Positions 1 to 10,287 are shown, numbered from the stretch's first letter. The stretch: 64,000 nucleotides of DNA from Parcubacteria group bacterium (GCA_028286565.1 JAQBRH010000004.1:33951-97950), one strand, 5' to 3'. The notes: generated by a model not told the origin, from the letters alone. Program-made: numbers and translations.

Positions 1-1066
1 TATTAATGCCGTCCAGAGGAATTCCGGAGGCATCCCCGATTACTATGACCTTTCTCCCTTTGAAAGATCGATCGGAGGCATGCCGTGGATCAAACACCTC
101 ATCTTTAAATTCTATCCGAACCAAACGGAACTTTTGAACGCATACCAGAACGGGGACATCGAGAGCATTTCCGGTTTTTCTCCCGAAGAAGCTATCGTTC
201 TCTTGAACTCAAATTCGCGAATCCTTTCCTCTCCTTTGCCTCGCGTCTTCGGCGTCTTCTTTAACCAGAGCCAGAATAAAGCCCTGCTGGATAAGTCCGC
301 GCGACAGGCCCTCGACCTCTCCGCCCCGAAAGAAAAGATCGTCGAAGACATCCTCCACGGATATGCGACGGTGATCGACGGGCCGCTTCCTCCCGCCCTC
401 TTCGCCTGGAGCGGCGCCCGCTCAACCACCACGCCGATCGACGCACGCATGGCCGCGGCCCAACAAATACTCATAGGCGGCGGTTGGACAAAGAATCCCC
501 AAACAGGAATATTTGAAAAAAAGTCGAAAGGTGCTACACTTACTCTGTCGTTTTCAATCTCCACTGGTGACGCTCCAGAACTCAAAGCGGTCGCAGAAAA
601 ATTGCGCACTGCTTGGCAAACTCTCGGAGCAAAGGTGGATGTGCTCGTGTTTGAGACAGGCGACCTGAACCAAAACGTCATCAGACCCCGAAAGTTTGAG
701 GCGCTTCTGTTCGGAGAAGTCGTCGGCCGAGACGCGGATGTCTATCCCTTCTGGCACTCATCAGAAAGAAACGATCCGGGCCTCAACATCGCCCTCTATG
801 CCAACTCGAAAGTAGACAAGCTCCTCGAAGATGCGCGTCAGACCACTGATCCGATCAAGCGAGAGAATGACTACAGATCCTTCGACAAGGAGATCCGGGC
901 CGATGTACCAGCGGTGTTCTTGTACACCCCCAGCTATCTCTATCTTGCACCGACAAGCGTCAAGTCGATCACCTTCGGCGAACTGACGACTCCGCAGGAC
1001 AGATTCCTCGGCATCAGAGATTGGTACATAGAGACGACCAGAGTCTGGAAACTATTCGTTAGATAA
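1..1066 (+). CDS. ABC transporter substrate-binding protein, family 5 (peptide/oligopeptide type), C-terminal part; 5'-partial (frame is open to the window start)
   Basis: No stop codon in frame from nt 2 to 1066. C-terminal region resembles SBP_bac_5 proteins. Listed ORF 80..1066. Confidence 0.55.
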   Translation, partial: INAVQRNSGGIPDYYDLSPFERSIGGMPWIKHLIFKFYPNQTELLNAYQNGDIESISGFSPEEAIVLLNSNSRILSSPLPRVFGVFFNQSQNKALLDKSARQALDLSAPKEKIVEDILHGYATVIDGPLPPALFAWSGARSTTTPIDARMAAAQQILIGGGWTKNPQTGIFEKKSKGATLTLSFSISTGDAPELKAVAEKLRTAWQTLGAKVDVLVFETGDLNQNVIRPRKFEALLFGEVVGRDADVYPFWHSSERNDPGLNIALYANSKVDKLLEDARQTTDPIKRENDYRSFDKEIRADVPAVFLYTPSYLYLAPTSVKSITFGELTTPQDRFLGIRDWYIETTRVWKLFVR

Positions 1067-1084
1067 TTCTAAAGATAATAAAGT

Positions 1085-2968
1085 ATGAATCCAACTACTA
1101 ATCCCGCAGGCGCAGCTCCAAGCGCTCCGGCCCATCCCGCCCGCACGCACGGTCCTCGCCGCGAACGCGGAGGTTTTAGCCGCGGAGCGCGCTCCCCGCT
1201 CATGACCCGATCCTTGAAGCAGAAAGGCATGCGCCGAGACTCTGACAGACCGATCGCTCAGAAGAAACCCGCGGACATCATCCCTCCTCTCGCTCCGAAC
1301 GTCATCCGCATCATCCCTCTCGGAGGAGTTGAGGAGGTCGGACGCAACATGACCGCCATCGAACTGAACGGCGCCATCATCGTCGTCGACGCGGGCATTC
1401 AATTCACCGACGCGGAAACTCCCGGAGTCGACTACATCCTTGCGAACACCAAATATCTCGAAGAGCGAAAGGACAGGATCAAGGCCCTGGTCATCACTCA
1501 CGGACACTTGGACCACATCGGAGGCATCCCGTACCTCATCACGAGGATCGGCAACCCGCCCATTTATACAAAAGAATTCGGCGCACTCATGATCAAGAAG
1601 CGCCAGGAAGAGTTCCCGCATCTGCCTCCCCTCAACATCCACATCGTCGAGGCGTCGGACAAAGCGGCCATTCCCCTTACTCCCGACCTCAAGGTTCGCT
1701 TCTTCGGCCTTACTCACTCGATCCCTGACTCGACCGGCATCATTATCGAGACTCCGTACGGAGATATCGTGAACACCGGAGACGTCCGCGTCGAGAACGA
1801 GAACGGCATCCCAGTCGAGAAGGAAGTCGAGCAATACAAGATGTTCAAGGATCGGAATGTCCTCCTCTTCACCATGGACTCGACGGGCATCGAGAAGCCG
1901 GGATTCTCTCCTTCCGAAAGCCATATTTTGAAGAACATCGACAAGATCGTCGCCGAAGTTCCCGGCCGAGTGATCATCGCCACCTTCGCTTCTCAAGTCG
2001 AGCGCATCATCGAATTCATGAACACCGCGAGGCGTTACGGCAAGAAGGTGGTCATCGAAGGCCGCAGCATGAAGAACAACGTCGACATCATCAAGCACCT
2101 CAACCTCGTGAACATCGACCACGTTGTGCCGATCGAGGACATCAACAAATATCCTCCGAACAAGATCATGATGATCGCGACCGGAGCCCAAGGAGAAGAA
2201 TTCGCCGCCCTCATGCGCATGGCGAACTCGACCCACAAGCACATCAAGCTCGGCCGCACCGACACCATCATCCTCTCTTCATCGGTCATTCCCGGGAACG
2301 AGCGAGCGATCGCCAAGCTGAAGGACAACCTCTTTAGGCACGACTCGAAGATCATCACCTACCTCGACTCCGACGTGCACACCTCCGGCCACGGCAAGCG
2401 AGGAGAGCTCGAATGGGTCCACAAGCAGATCCCGTACAAATTCTTTATGCCCGTCCACGGACACCACTACATGCTGAAGATGCACGCCGATCTCGCCGTA
2501 GCTTTGGGAGCCGCTCGCGAGAATGTGATCGTCCCGGACAACGGTTCGATCATCGAGATCAGAGATGAAGGGAAGACTTTGGTTCGCCTCGCGGAGAAAG
2601 CTCCCTCGGACGACGTGGTCGTCGAAGGATTCTCCGTCGGAGACGTCTCCGAAGTATTGATCCGCGATCGTAAGATGCTCGCGGGCGACGGCATGTTCGT
2701 CATCATCGCCATGGTGAACACCCAGACCGGCAAGCTGAAGAAATCTCCTGATATTATTTCTCGCGGATTCATCTATCTCAGAGAATCCCAAGAGCTTCTG
2801 AACGAAGCGCGCCACCTCATCAAGAAATCGATCGAATCGACCACCGTCGGCATGAATCCGATCAACTTCGACTATGCCAAGAACGCGGTGAACGAAGACG
2901 TCTCCCGCTTCCTCTTCCAAAAGACAGCCAAGAAGCCGATCGTCATCCCCGTCATCCTCGGAGTCTAA
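1085..2968 (+). CDS. rnj: Ribonuclease J (metallo-beta-lactamase/beta-CASP RNase) with ~70-aa Arg/Pro-rich N-terminal extension
   Basis: HxHxDH motif (VITHGHLDHIGGIPYL), IIPLGG...DAGI N-terminal beta-lactamase signature. 627 aa versus typical ~555 aa. Confidence 0.85.
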   Translation: MNPTTNPAGAAPSAPAHPARTHGPRRERGGFSRGARSPLMTRSLKQKGMRRDSDRPIAQKKPADIIPPLAPNVIRIIPLGGVEEVGRNMTAIELNGAIIVVDAGIQFTDAETPGVDYILANTKYLEERKDRIKALVITHGHLDHIGGIPYLITRIGNPPIYTKEFGALMIKKRQEEFPHLPPLNIHIVEASDKAAIPLTPDLKVRFFGLTHSIPDSTGIIIETPYGDIVNTGDVRVENENGIPVEKEVEQYKMFKDRNVLLFTMDSTGIEKPGFSPSESHILKNIDKIVAEVPGRVIIATFASQVERIIEFMNTARRYGKKVVIEGRSMKNNVDIIKHLNLVNIDHVVPIEDINKYPPNKIMMIATGAQGEEFAALMRMANSTHKHIKLGRTDTIILSSSVIPGNERAIAKLKDNLFRHDSKIITYLDSDVHTSGHGKRGELEWVHKQIPYKFFMPVHGHHYMLKMHADLAVALGAARENVIVPDNGSIIEIRDEGKTLVRLAEKAPSDDVVVEGFSVGDVSEVLIRDRKMLAGDGMFVIIAMVNTQTGKLKKSPDIISRGFIYLRESQELLNEARHLIKKSIESTTVGMNPINFDYAKNAVNEDVSRFLFQKTAKKPIVIPVILGV

Positions 2969-2990
2969 CCTTCTCATTCATTTCCACAAG

Positions 2991-3022
2991 AATGCCTCGC
3001 ATACGCGAGGCATTTCTTTTGG
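2991..3022 (+). terminator. Rho-independent terminator after rnj
   Basis: AATGCCTCGC-ATAC-GCGAGGCATT stem-loop followed by TTTCTTTT. Confidence 0.6.
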
Positions 3023-3034
3023 TATACTTTCTTT

Positions 3035-4201
3035 ATGAGAGTTCATTTCAAGCGAAGCTGGAACAAAGCCTTGTTCCCCGTCTACCTCGCGACCTTCTTT
3101 TTCTTTTTTCATTACAACTCGCTCGTCTATGTGAACTCCTCCTACCTCGAGCGGTTCTTCGCGCCGAGCGTGGTCGGGTTTATATATGTGCTCGGCGCGG
3201 TCGGGAACCTCTTTCTGATCTTCCTCGCCCTCAAATGGCTCGCTCTCATCGGGAACCGCAAATTCTTCTCCTATTTCCTCTGCGCTGAGCTCCTCGCGGT
3301 CACGGGCCTCGCTTTTGTTTCGACGCCGCTCGCCATGGCCCTCCTCTTCATCCTCTTCGACAGCACTTCTCTCATGATCCTCTATAGCCTCGATATCTTC
3401 CTCGAGGATGCGACGCCGAAGAACCAGACCGGATCGGTTCGAGGCATGTCGCTTACGCTCGGGAATATCGCCCTCGTCCTTTCTCCGCTTCTCATCGCGG
3501 TCGTCGCGCCGAACGGAGAATTCTCGAGACTCTACTTTATCTCCGCCCTTCTCCTCGCCCCACTCTTTTTCCTCTCGGCCTATTCGTTCAAGGGCTTTAA
3601 GGACGGACACCAGCGATTCGCCGAAGTGCCCCTTCGCGCCTGGTGGAACTCAAAGAACATCCGCCGAGTGACCCTCGTACGCATGGTGCTCGATATCTTC
3701 TACAGCTTCATGGTCATTTATATGCCTATCTATCTCCACGACCATATCGGGTTCGGCTGGGCCTCGATCAGCATCATCTTCACCATCATGCTTCTGCCTT
3801 TTATCCTCCTCGAGATCCCGGTCGGAAAGTTGGCCGACTCGTGGTGCGGCGAAAAGGAGTTCATGACCCTCGGGTTTTTCATTATGGGCACAGCTCTCAT
3901 CATCATCCCTTTCTTCCACAGCGCTTCGATCCTCCTGTGGGGAGGACTTCTGTTCTTATCTCGAGTCGGCGCCGCGATCACTGAAGTGACCACCGAAAGC
4001 TATTTCTTCAAGCATGTGGATAAGCGTGATGCGGGCATGATCTCCGTGTACCGCATGGCTTGGCCGGTCGGATTCATCCTCGGCTCCTTGATCGCTTCAT
4101 TCTCCCTCTCGCTCCTTCCGTTCGAAGCGATGTTCATCATCCTGGCGGTCATTGTATTGAAAGCGATGGACACAAGCACGAAACTACAAGACACAAAATA
4201 A
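3035..4201 (+). CDS. MFS transporter
   Basis: 388 aa, ~12 predicted hydrophobic helices, MFS-like loop motifs. Confidence 0.65.
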   Translation: MRVHFKRSWNKALFPVYLATFFFFFHYNSLVYVNSSYLERFFAPSVVGFIYVLGAVGNLFLIFLALKWLALIGNRKFFSYFLCAELLAVTGLAFVSTPLAMALLFILFDSTSLMILYSLDIFLEDATPKNQTGSVRGMSLTLGNIALVLSPLLIAVVAPNGEFSRLYFISALLLAPLFFLSAYSFKGFKDGHQRFAEVPLRAWWNSKNIRRVTLVRMVLDIFYSFMVIYMPIYLHDHIGFGWASISIIFTIMLLPFILLEIPVGKLADSWCGEKEFMTLGFFIMGTALIIIPFFHSASILLWGGLLFLSRVGAAITEVTTESYFFKHVDKRDAGMISVYRMAWPVGFILGSLIASFSLSLLPFEAMFIILAVIVLKAMDTSTKLQDTK

Positions 4202-4651
4202 TTAATAGACTCCGAGAAGTTTAAAGATCGGAGCCATGAACGGATCGAAGTGAGTGCCGTAGACCATTGCCCCTCCGAGTCCCCCCGTGATAGTGACGCA
4301 AACAAGCCCGATAAGCGCAAGCGGGATGATGATGTAGGATCGGTGAACAAAAGCCGAATACCTATTCGGCTTGAACCATTGAAAGAGATACGAAAAGGCG
4401 ATGACCGCAAAGACAAGAAGGGTCGCTGTAGCAAAATTTGAATGCATCTGGAGGATGCGGGGCGCCGGATGAGCATCGGGTCCCGTCGCATAGGCCGCAA
4501 GCGAACCAAGGCTGCCGAAGATGGCGAGAGCCCCCTTTATATAGAACCAATACGGCTGTTCCATGACCTTTCTAAAACGCACGAGCTCGAGCACCGCATA
4601 GAGGGTGAGCAAGGCGACCGGGAAGTGCACGATGATCGGGTGAAGATCCAT
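4202..4651 (-). CDS. DUF2231-family membrane protein
   Basis: N-terminal HPIIVHFPVALL motif typical of DUF2231. Four hydrophobic helices. Confidence 0.55.
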   Translation of the reverse strand: MDLHPIIVHFPVALLTLYAVLELVRFRKVMEQPYWFYIKGALAIFGSLGSLAAYATGPDAHPAPRILQMHSNFATATLLVFAVIAFSYLFQWFKPNRYSAFVHRSYIIIPLALIGLVCVTITGGLGGAMVYGTHFDPFMAPIFKLLGVY

Positions 4652-4667
4652 ATTTGTAGTATATCAA

Positions 4668-4715
4668 ATTAAAAAAACTCCGCCTCTCGAGATATATCGA
4701 GGCGGAGCATTGCGT
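4668..4715 (-). terminator. Rho-independent terminator downstream of 4724..5662
   Basis: CTCCGCCTC...GAGGCGGAG 9-bp stem followed (minus strand) by TTTTTTT. Confidence 0.55.
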
Positions 4716-4723
4716 ACAAATGT

Positions 4724-5662
4724 TCAGTCACCGGAGCGAAGTCGTCGAGATCTGTCTGCTTTTGGAAGCAACTCCTTCACTTCGGTTTGCGGTCCGAGAG
4801 CGTCGATGTCCTGGCGCAGAGTCTCTTCCGCTCCAGGACCCAAGTGTTCGGTAACCTTACGTAGTCCACGAAGGTACTCTCTGAAATCCTCGGAAGCTCG
4901 AGCAAGTTCAGAACCACGCTGATCTCCAAAGCCCAAACTCTTTTCTGCTTCTGCTGTCTGATACTCCCGAAGAAGCTCGAGAGCCATTTCGGTTGCATCT
5001 GCACAAAGAGTTCTGGCTGCAAGAGAAATCTCATCGGCTTCTCTGCCACTTTCTGCACGAAGTACATCGTTAGTTGTGGTTTCTTGAAGTGCTCGGAGCA
5101 TCACGTACCGCTCAGAATCCCTTGAAAGAGCCCCGAGGATACGTCCCGCTTCTTCCTTGGCATGCGGAGTGAGACGTTCGATCGCGGAGAGAAGGGCTTT
5201 CGTCTGTGGAGCGTCGCCGACCAACTTGATAATCCGGTCAACAAACGCTTGTTGTTTTGCAGCCTCTTCTTCTTTTATCCTTTCCTTCTTTTGTCGGAAG
5301 CTATTGAGAAACTTCTGGGTCATCAAGTCGATTACAAGAATCCCCCAGACGATGCTGGCAATTAGGACCGTCGTCTGAGTAATAGAGACATTGATATCGG
5401 ACATCCAGAAAACAAGAGTAAGAAAAGCCGTTGCGATGGCCCATGCCACGTGGAAGATAGCAAAAGGCTTCGCATCCGGCTCAGTCTTGTCACCTGCAAG
5501 GGCCGCTCCGAACACGACTGAAATGAAACAGAAGAAAGCCATGGCAAAATAACCTTTTCTTTCGCTTCCTAAAAAAAATAAGGAAGTAAGGAATGAAAGG
5601 AAGGTTGGTGCAATAAGTGCCTTATTCAACCAACGAATCCCTTTTCTCATTCGCTCGAACAT
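4724..5662 (-). CDS. Hypothetical membrane protein with C-terminal coiled-coil/charged domain
   Basis: Four N-terminal hydrophobic helices, then an E/R/A-rich helical region. No family recognised. Confidence 0.5.
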   Translation of the reverse strand: MFERMRKGIRWLNKALIAPTFLSFLTSLFFLGSERKGYFAMAFFCFISVVFGAALAGDKTEPDAKPFAIFHVAWAIATAFLTLVFWMSDINVSITQTTVLIASIVWGILVIDLMTQKFLNSFRQKKERIKEEEAAKQQAFVDRIIKLVGDAPQTKALLSAIERLTPHAKEEAGRILGALSRDSERYVMLRALQETTTNDVLRAESGREADEISLAARTLCADATEMALELLREYQTAEAEKSLGFGDQRGSELARASEDFREYLRGLRKVTEHLGPGAEETLRQDIDALGPQTEVKELLPKADRSRRLRSGD

Positions 5663-5752
5663 ATAATGATCTCCTGTGGCAAAGCCACGGTTGGGTTTCT
5701 AAATGCATTATACCCGAAATACCAATAAAGTCAACCAGAGGACGCAAGGGTA

Positions 5753-6358
5753 TTATCTATGATATTCGACGATCTCTCCTGCTTTGATCTCTATCGGGTC
5801 AGCCCGGCGGAGATTCTTGATCTGTCCCTTGATGAGGAGGTTCGTGTGGGGCGAACGGTCGAGGGCCTTGTCGATGTGCCAGAGAGGCATAGTCCCGGTG
5901 ATCCATTCATCGCCGAATTTTCTAAGATCGAACGGTTTTGAGTAGCTTCGAAGGGTCTTCGCTCCGCTCGGCAGGAAGTATTCATGAAAATAACTCATCA
6001 CGAGTTCATGAACGTTTTTATATACGGGCTCTCTATACCGAAGCACTGCGTGGTTTGTTTTAGAGATAGCTCCCCAGCATCCCCCTACCTTAAAGAGCGC
6101 GACCACATGCTCAAAGTCGTCTTTGGTGGTCTTGAGGTCGAGGAGGAGAGGCTTGTGTCCAAGCTTCTGAAGTTCCGCAGCCCCGATGAGCGCTCCTTCA
6201 AAGCAGTGCGCGGTCCCCGCCTTCAAACTTTCTTCGACCGATCTGCAGGTTTCGCCCTTTTTCTCAAAATTGAACGGAAGGGAGTTCAAAAAGCTTTGGA
6301 TCTCGGCCGGACTTTTATATCCTTTGGATTTCGGGTTACTCATATGATTCTTGCTCAA
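5753..6358 (-). CDS. Hypothetical protein with conserved Cys/His (possible papain/transglutaminase-like fold)
   Basis: GTAHCFEGALIGAAEL ... EHVVALFKVGGCWG; only weak resemblance to TGase-like cysteine enzymes. Overlaps the downstream DedA gene start region by 23 nt. Confidence 0.4.
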   Translation of the reverse strand: MSKNHMSNPKSKGYKSPAEIQSFLNSLPFNFEKKGETCRSVEESLKAGTAHCFEGALIGAAELQKLGHKPLLLDLKTTKDDFEHVVALFKVGGCWGAISKTNHAVLRYREPVYKNVHELVMSYFHEYFLPSGAKTLRSYSKPFDLRKFGDEWITGTMPLWHIDKALDRSPHTNLLIKGQIKNLRRADPIEIKAGEIVEYHR

Positions 6359-6926
6359 AGTATTTGGAGACGAGGACGTATCCTCCGATGCCGAACACGA
6401 CCGCGAGGAGAGCGAGGAGCGAGGCTGTGCTTAGGATGCTGTCGATCTGGCTTAGATATTTGCCGAACACAAACCCGATGACGATAAGGACAAAGGTCTT
6501 TGGGACGGTGCCGATGAGGCAATAGAGCACGAACTCCCGAAGCGGCATCCCCGCCACTCCGGCCGCCACTTGGATCCAGCCTCCGACCCCGTGGAAAAAT
6601 TTGCTGATAAATACTGACTTCTTCGGATGTTTTTTAAAATGATTCTCTACCTTTTCAAGCTTGGCCTCGTCGATCCGGAGAAGCCTCAGCCATCGCCCGC
6701 CCCGACCGTGCCGAACGAGATACCCGACATAATAGTGCAGAACATCCCCGATCGTGTCGGCGGCGACGATCAAGACATACGCCGAGAGCCCGTACAAATA
6801 TCCGACGGATATGAGGAAGCCGGAGATGATGGTGACGATCGGCCCTTCGAGCACCGCAATGGGAAACAGCACCCAGTATCGATAGGTCTCAAGGAGCGAG
6901 AGGATGTAGTCGAGGCTGAGATGCAT
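6336..6926 (-). CDS. DedA/SNARE-associated family membrane protein
   Basis: VLEGPIVTIISGFL and KFFHGVGGW motifs. Start re-placed at ATG 6926 (MHLSLDY) instead of the upstream TTG/GTG of the listed ORF. Confidence 0.75.
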   Translation of the reverse strand: MHLSLDYILSLLETYRYWVLFPIAVLEGPIVTIISGFLISVGYLYGLSAYVLIVAADTIGDVLHYYVGYLVRHGRGGRWLRLLRIDEAKLEKVENHFKKHPKKSVFISKFFHGVGGWIQVAAGVAGMPLREFVLYCLIGTVPKTFVLIVIGFVFGKYLSQIDSILSTASLLALLAVVFGIGGYVLVSKYFEQESYE

Positions 6927-6927
6927 A

Positions 6928-8055
6928 TTAGGCAAGGGTATCTTTCGTGAGCGGGGGTAGCTCCGTGACCGGCACCACATTGAAAAGAAGCCGGCCGATG
7001 ATCTGGCCTCGAGAGGTTTCCACATTTACTCTCCACCTCCCGGATTCAAGACCGTACCTGTTCGAGTATGTCCTAAATCCTCCTTCTCTGCCTCCGATCA
7101 CCGGGAGGTCGATGCGGGCTTTGGTCTCCCATGTCTTTGATGCCTCATTATAATGCTGCCATTCGTGGACAATGCCGATGTCGAGCTTGGAAGGAGAGAA
7201 CACCGCGCTGTATGCATAGACCGAGTCATTCGGGAGAAGGTGAACATCGTCATAGATCTTGAAAAATCCTTTCCAACCGTACTCCTCGTACGTCACTTCA
7301 TAATTCGCTCCGTTTCGGAGAAGCGTATGGTACACCCCTCCGCCTTTTAGAGCGAGCGGCAAGGGAGGAATGAGATTGGTGAAATACATGATATTCACCG
7401 CGGCGAAGATCCCGAGCACGATCCCGACCAGGAACTTTCGTTCTTTCCTATAATCGACCGGGCTAACTTGCTTTAGGACAAAGAAGAATACTCCCATGAT
7501 AAGGAGGCTGATAAGCCCGCTTCCGACAAAGACTGTTGCTCCGATCCGATGAAAGAGGATGGGAACGGAGAAGATGGCGAAAGAGAAAAGCGAGAGGAAG
7601 AAAAGGGCGACCTGGAAGGCCAAACGTTCGTAGTGGCGCTTCAGCCGCTCGTTCGCGAGAAAGGCGAGGGCGAGAATGAGAAGAAAGGGCCAAGTGGCCG
7701 AAAGCGTGGCGCTTCGGAAATAAAAGACGATGAAGGTCGAGAGGAGGCCTCCGAAGAAGAATTGGAGGATGTTCACGAGCCAAAAGTGAGTGGCGGGCAT
7801 CTCTTCTCCCTCTTCCTTTTTGTCTTCGTCTATATTGAGGAGGATGATGGCCACCGCGACGACGAGCAGGTGAAATCCCACCCAGACATTCTCCCAAAGC
7901 GCATCAACGCGGCGGAGCGTCAGGGCGTCGAAGACGAATCCGCCGATAAGGGAGATCGAAGAGAAGGGACGTTCATAGCGTCTATAGAGGCGCTCGATCG
8001 GGGCAAATAATGCCTTAAAGACTCGCATATGGCCATTATATGCTAGACTCCACAC
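6928..8055 (-). CDS. Hypothetical polytopic membrane protein with C-terminal soluble domain (DUF2914-like)
   Basis: About 6 TM helices followed by a ~150-aa domain (GGGVYHTLLRNGANYEVTYEEYGWKGFF...). Confidence 0.5.
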   Translation of the reverse strand: MWSLAYNGHMRVFKALFAPIERLYRRYERPFSSISLIGGFVFDALTLRRVDALWENVWVGFHLLVVAVAIILLNIDEDKKEEGEEMPATHFWLVNILQFFFGGLLSTFIVFYFRSATLSATWPFLLILALAFLANERLKRHYERLAFQVALFFLSLFSFAIFSVPILFHRIGATVFVGSGLISLLIMGVFFFVLKQVSPVDYRKERKFLVGIVLGIFAAVNIMYFTNLIPPLPLALKGGGVYHTLLRNGANYEVTYEEYGWKGFFKIYDDVHLLPNDSVYAYSAVFSPSKLDIGIVHEWQHYNEASKTWETKARIDLPVIGGREGGFRTYSNRYGLESGRWRVNVETSRGQIIGRLLFNVVPVTELPPLTKDTLA

Positions 8056-8106
8056 ATGAAGAAACCGATCAGAGGGACCACAGCGGCTCCAAAACCAGAA
8101 TTCCCC

Positions 8107-8793
8107 ATGCGCATCAACAAATACCTCGCCCTAAAGGGCTATTCGACGAGGCGCGGGGCGGACGAACTTATCGAGAAGCACCAAGTGCTCATCAATGGCC
8201 GCTTTGCCGTCCTTGGAGACAAGGTAGAGTCGGGCGACGCCGTCAAAGTCAGATCGGGCCGAAAGCCCTCCGACTATGTGTACTATGCGTACAACAAGCC
8301 TGAGGGCGTGGCCACCATCGCTCCGAACAAAGGAGCAAAGGGCATCAAAGAAACGATCGACCTAAAGAATGTCTTCCCTATCGGTCGCTTGGACAAAAAT
8401 TCCCACGGACTCATCATCCTCTCGAACGACGGACGCATCACCGATCGCCTCTTGAATCCGATCCATACGCACGACAAGGAATACGTCGTGAAGGTCAAAG
8501 ACAAGCTTAGGAACAACTTTAAAGAAAAGATGGAAGCCGGCGTGAACATCGAAGGATATGTGACAAAGCCGACCAAGATCGAACTCATTGACGAGACCAC
8601 CTTCTCCGTCACCTTGACCGAGGGCAAGAAGCATCAGATCCGCCGCATGGTCGTCGCCCTCTTTGGCGAAGTCCGCGACTTGAAGCGCATCCGCATCATG
8701 AACATCGCTCTCGGCAAACTTGCTCCGAACTCATATAGGAAAATAGAAGGAGAAGAATTGAAAACGTTCCTCACAAGCCTCGGGCTTCTCTAA
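8107..8793 (+). CDS. Pseudouridine synthase, RsuA/RluB family, with N-terminal S4 domain
   Basis: S4-like N-terminus (MRINKYLALKGYSTRRGADELIEK), catalytic GRLDKNSHGLIILSNDG, KKHQIRRM motif. Start re-placed at ATG 8107. Confidence 0.8.
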   Translation: MRINKYLALKGYSTRRGADELIEKHQVLINGRFAVLGDKVESGDAVKVRSGRKPSDYVYYAYNKPEGVATIAPNKGAKGIKETIDLKNVFPIGRLDKNSHGLIILSNDGRITDRLLNPIHTHDKEYVVKVKDKLRNNFKEKMEAGVNIEGYVTKPTKIELIDETTFSVTLTEGKKHQIRRMVVALFGEVRDLKRIRIMNIALGKLAPNSYRKIEGEELKTFLTSLGLL

Positions 8794-10254
8794 TTATTTT
8801 GCGAGGTCGAGGGTCTCATCGATCCGGATCTGCTTCACGAACTCGGGGACGTGAGAGACGAGGATCATCGCGCCTTCGTACGCCGAGAGGGCCTTGGCTA
8901 TGATCGGCAAGTGCCTAAAGTTGATGTGGTTCGTCGGCTCATCCAATATAAGTATCCCCGGACGCTCGAGGACAAGGCGGGCGAAAGCCACGAGTCCCTT
9001 CTGTCCCTCCGAGAGGCTTCCGATCTTTGTTTTCATCACGTCTCCGGTGATGAGGAAGCCGGCTGCGGTCGAACGCATGGCTTCTTCGTTCGGCTTGATC
9101 ATGGCGGAGATAAGCGACTCGTAGACCGTCTGTTCAAAATCAAGCGTGGAGAAATCCTGCCTATAATATCCGAGCTTCACGCCTGGCGTGATCTCCACTC
9201 CTTCGGCGTCCCCGCGGGCAAGCGTCTCAAGAAGCGTAGACTTGCCTATGCCGTTCGGACCCTTGAGGAGAAGGTGATGATTTTTCTTTATCGAAATATT
9301 GGCTTTTCGTTTTAAGACCTTGTGGGTCTTCGGGCTCATGGTGGTAAAGGTTGTGATCTTTAGAAGTTCGCCTTTGATGTTCTCCTGCATGGGGATGACG
9401 AAAGGACGTATGACCTTGTCTTCTTTCCTGATATCGACCTTTTCTTCTTCGAGCTCTTCGGCTTTGTCTCGCATGCGGCGGGCGACGAGGCGCATCTGGC
9501 CACCTTTGTTCGCGAAGAAGTTCGCCTTGTCTTTGTTCTCTTGGATCTCTTTCGCGAGGAGGGCGTTCTTTCTGTTGTCCTTCTCGATCTTCAAGGCGAT
9601 CTCCTTTTGGAGGTCATAGTAGTTCCCCACATACTGCTCGACCTTTCTCGTGTAGACGTCGAGGTAGAGCACGCCGTCGGTGAATGAATTGAGGAAATCA
9701 GAATCGTGGGAGATGACGATGACGGTTTTCTTGTAGCCTTTGATGAAGGCGGTCAGGTGTTCGATGCCCGCCGTGTCGAGGTTGTTCGTCGGCTCGTCCA
9801 AAAGGAGGATGTCCGGATCGACGATAAGCGCGGAAGCGAGGAGGAGACGGGCCTGCTGGCCGCCTGAGAACGTTCTTAGGATCCGCTCATGCGGAGCGTG
9901 AACGTTCACCACTTCGAGGACGGCGTCGATCCGAGGATCTATGTCGTAGATCTTCGTCTTGAACTGCTTCAAGAAAAATTCCCTGACCGAAAGGCCAAGG
10001 TCTTCGCGCGGGATGACCTGGCGAGAGAGGGCGATCGAGAGGTTCGGAGTGATATGGATATTCCCGGATTCCGGATGGAGTTCGCGGGCGATCAGCTTGA
10101 AGATAGTGCTCTTGCCTCCCCCGTTCTGGCCCATGATGGTGATCTTCGAGCCCCGGCGCACATTGAAGCTGACCTCATCCAAGATGGGCTTGTCGTGGCC
10201 GTATTCAAAGCTCGTATTTTCGAATCTGAGGATGGTTCCTTGATCGGACATCAC
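8794..10254 (-). CDS. ABC-F family ATPase (two tandem ABC domains, no TMD)
   Basis: Two Walker A (GQNGGGKST; GPNGIGKST) and two LSGGQ-type signatures with an inter-domain linker. Confidence 0.85.
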   Translation of the reverse strand: MMSDQGTILRFENTSFEYGHDKPILDEVSFNVRRGSKITIMGQNGGGKSTIFKLIARELHPESGNIHITPNLSIALSRQVIPREDLGLSVREFFLKQFKTKIYDIDPRIDAVLEVVNVHAPHERILRTFSGGQQARLLLASALIVDPDILLLDEPTNNLDTAGIEHLTAFIKGYKKTVIVISHDSDFLNSFTDGVLYLDVYTRKVEQYVGNYYDLQKEIALKIEKDNRKNALLAKEIQENKDKANFFANKGGQMRLVARRMRDKAEELEEEKVDIRKEDKVIRPFVIPMQENIKGELLKITTFTTMSPKTHKVLKRKANISIKKNHHLLLKGPNGIGKSTLLETLARGDAEGVEITPGVKLGYYRQDFSTLDFEQTVYESLISAMIKPNEEAMRSTAAGFLITGDVMKTKIGSLSEGQKGLVAFARLVLERPGILILDEPTNHINFRHLPIIAKALSAYEGAMILVSHVPEFVKQIRIDETLDLAK

Positions 10255-10287
10255 AGTACCTTACCACATATGCTAGGATAGCCGAAT

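Noticed and set aside
1052-2242. Long antisense ORFs opposite real genes (for example 1052..2242, 2279..2977, 30976..31863, 48722..49789, 52066..53055, 55831..56100, 58123..58656)
   Set aside because: They are typical shadow ORFs of GC-rich coding regions. Their products are Arg/Asp/Gly-rich low-complexity sequences, and the opposite strand has clear homology-supported genes.
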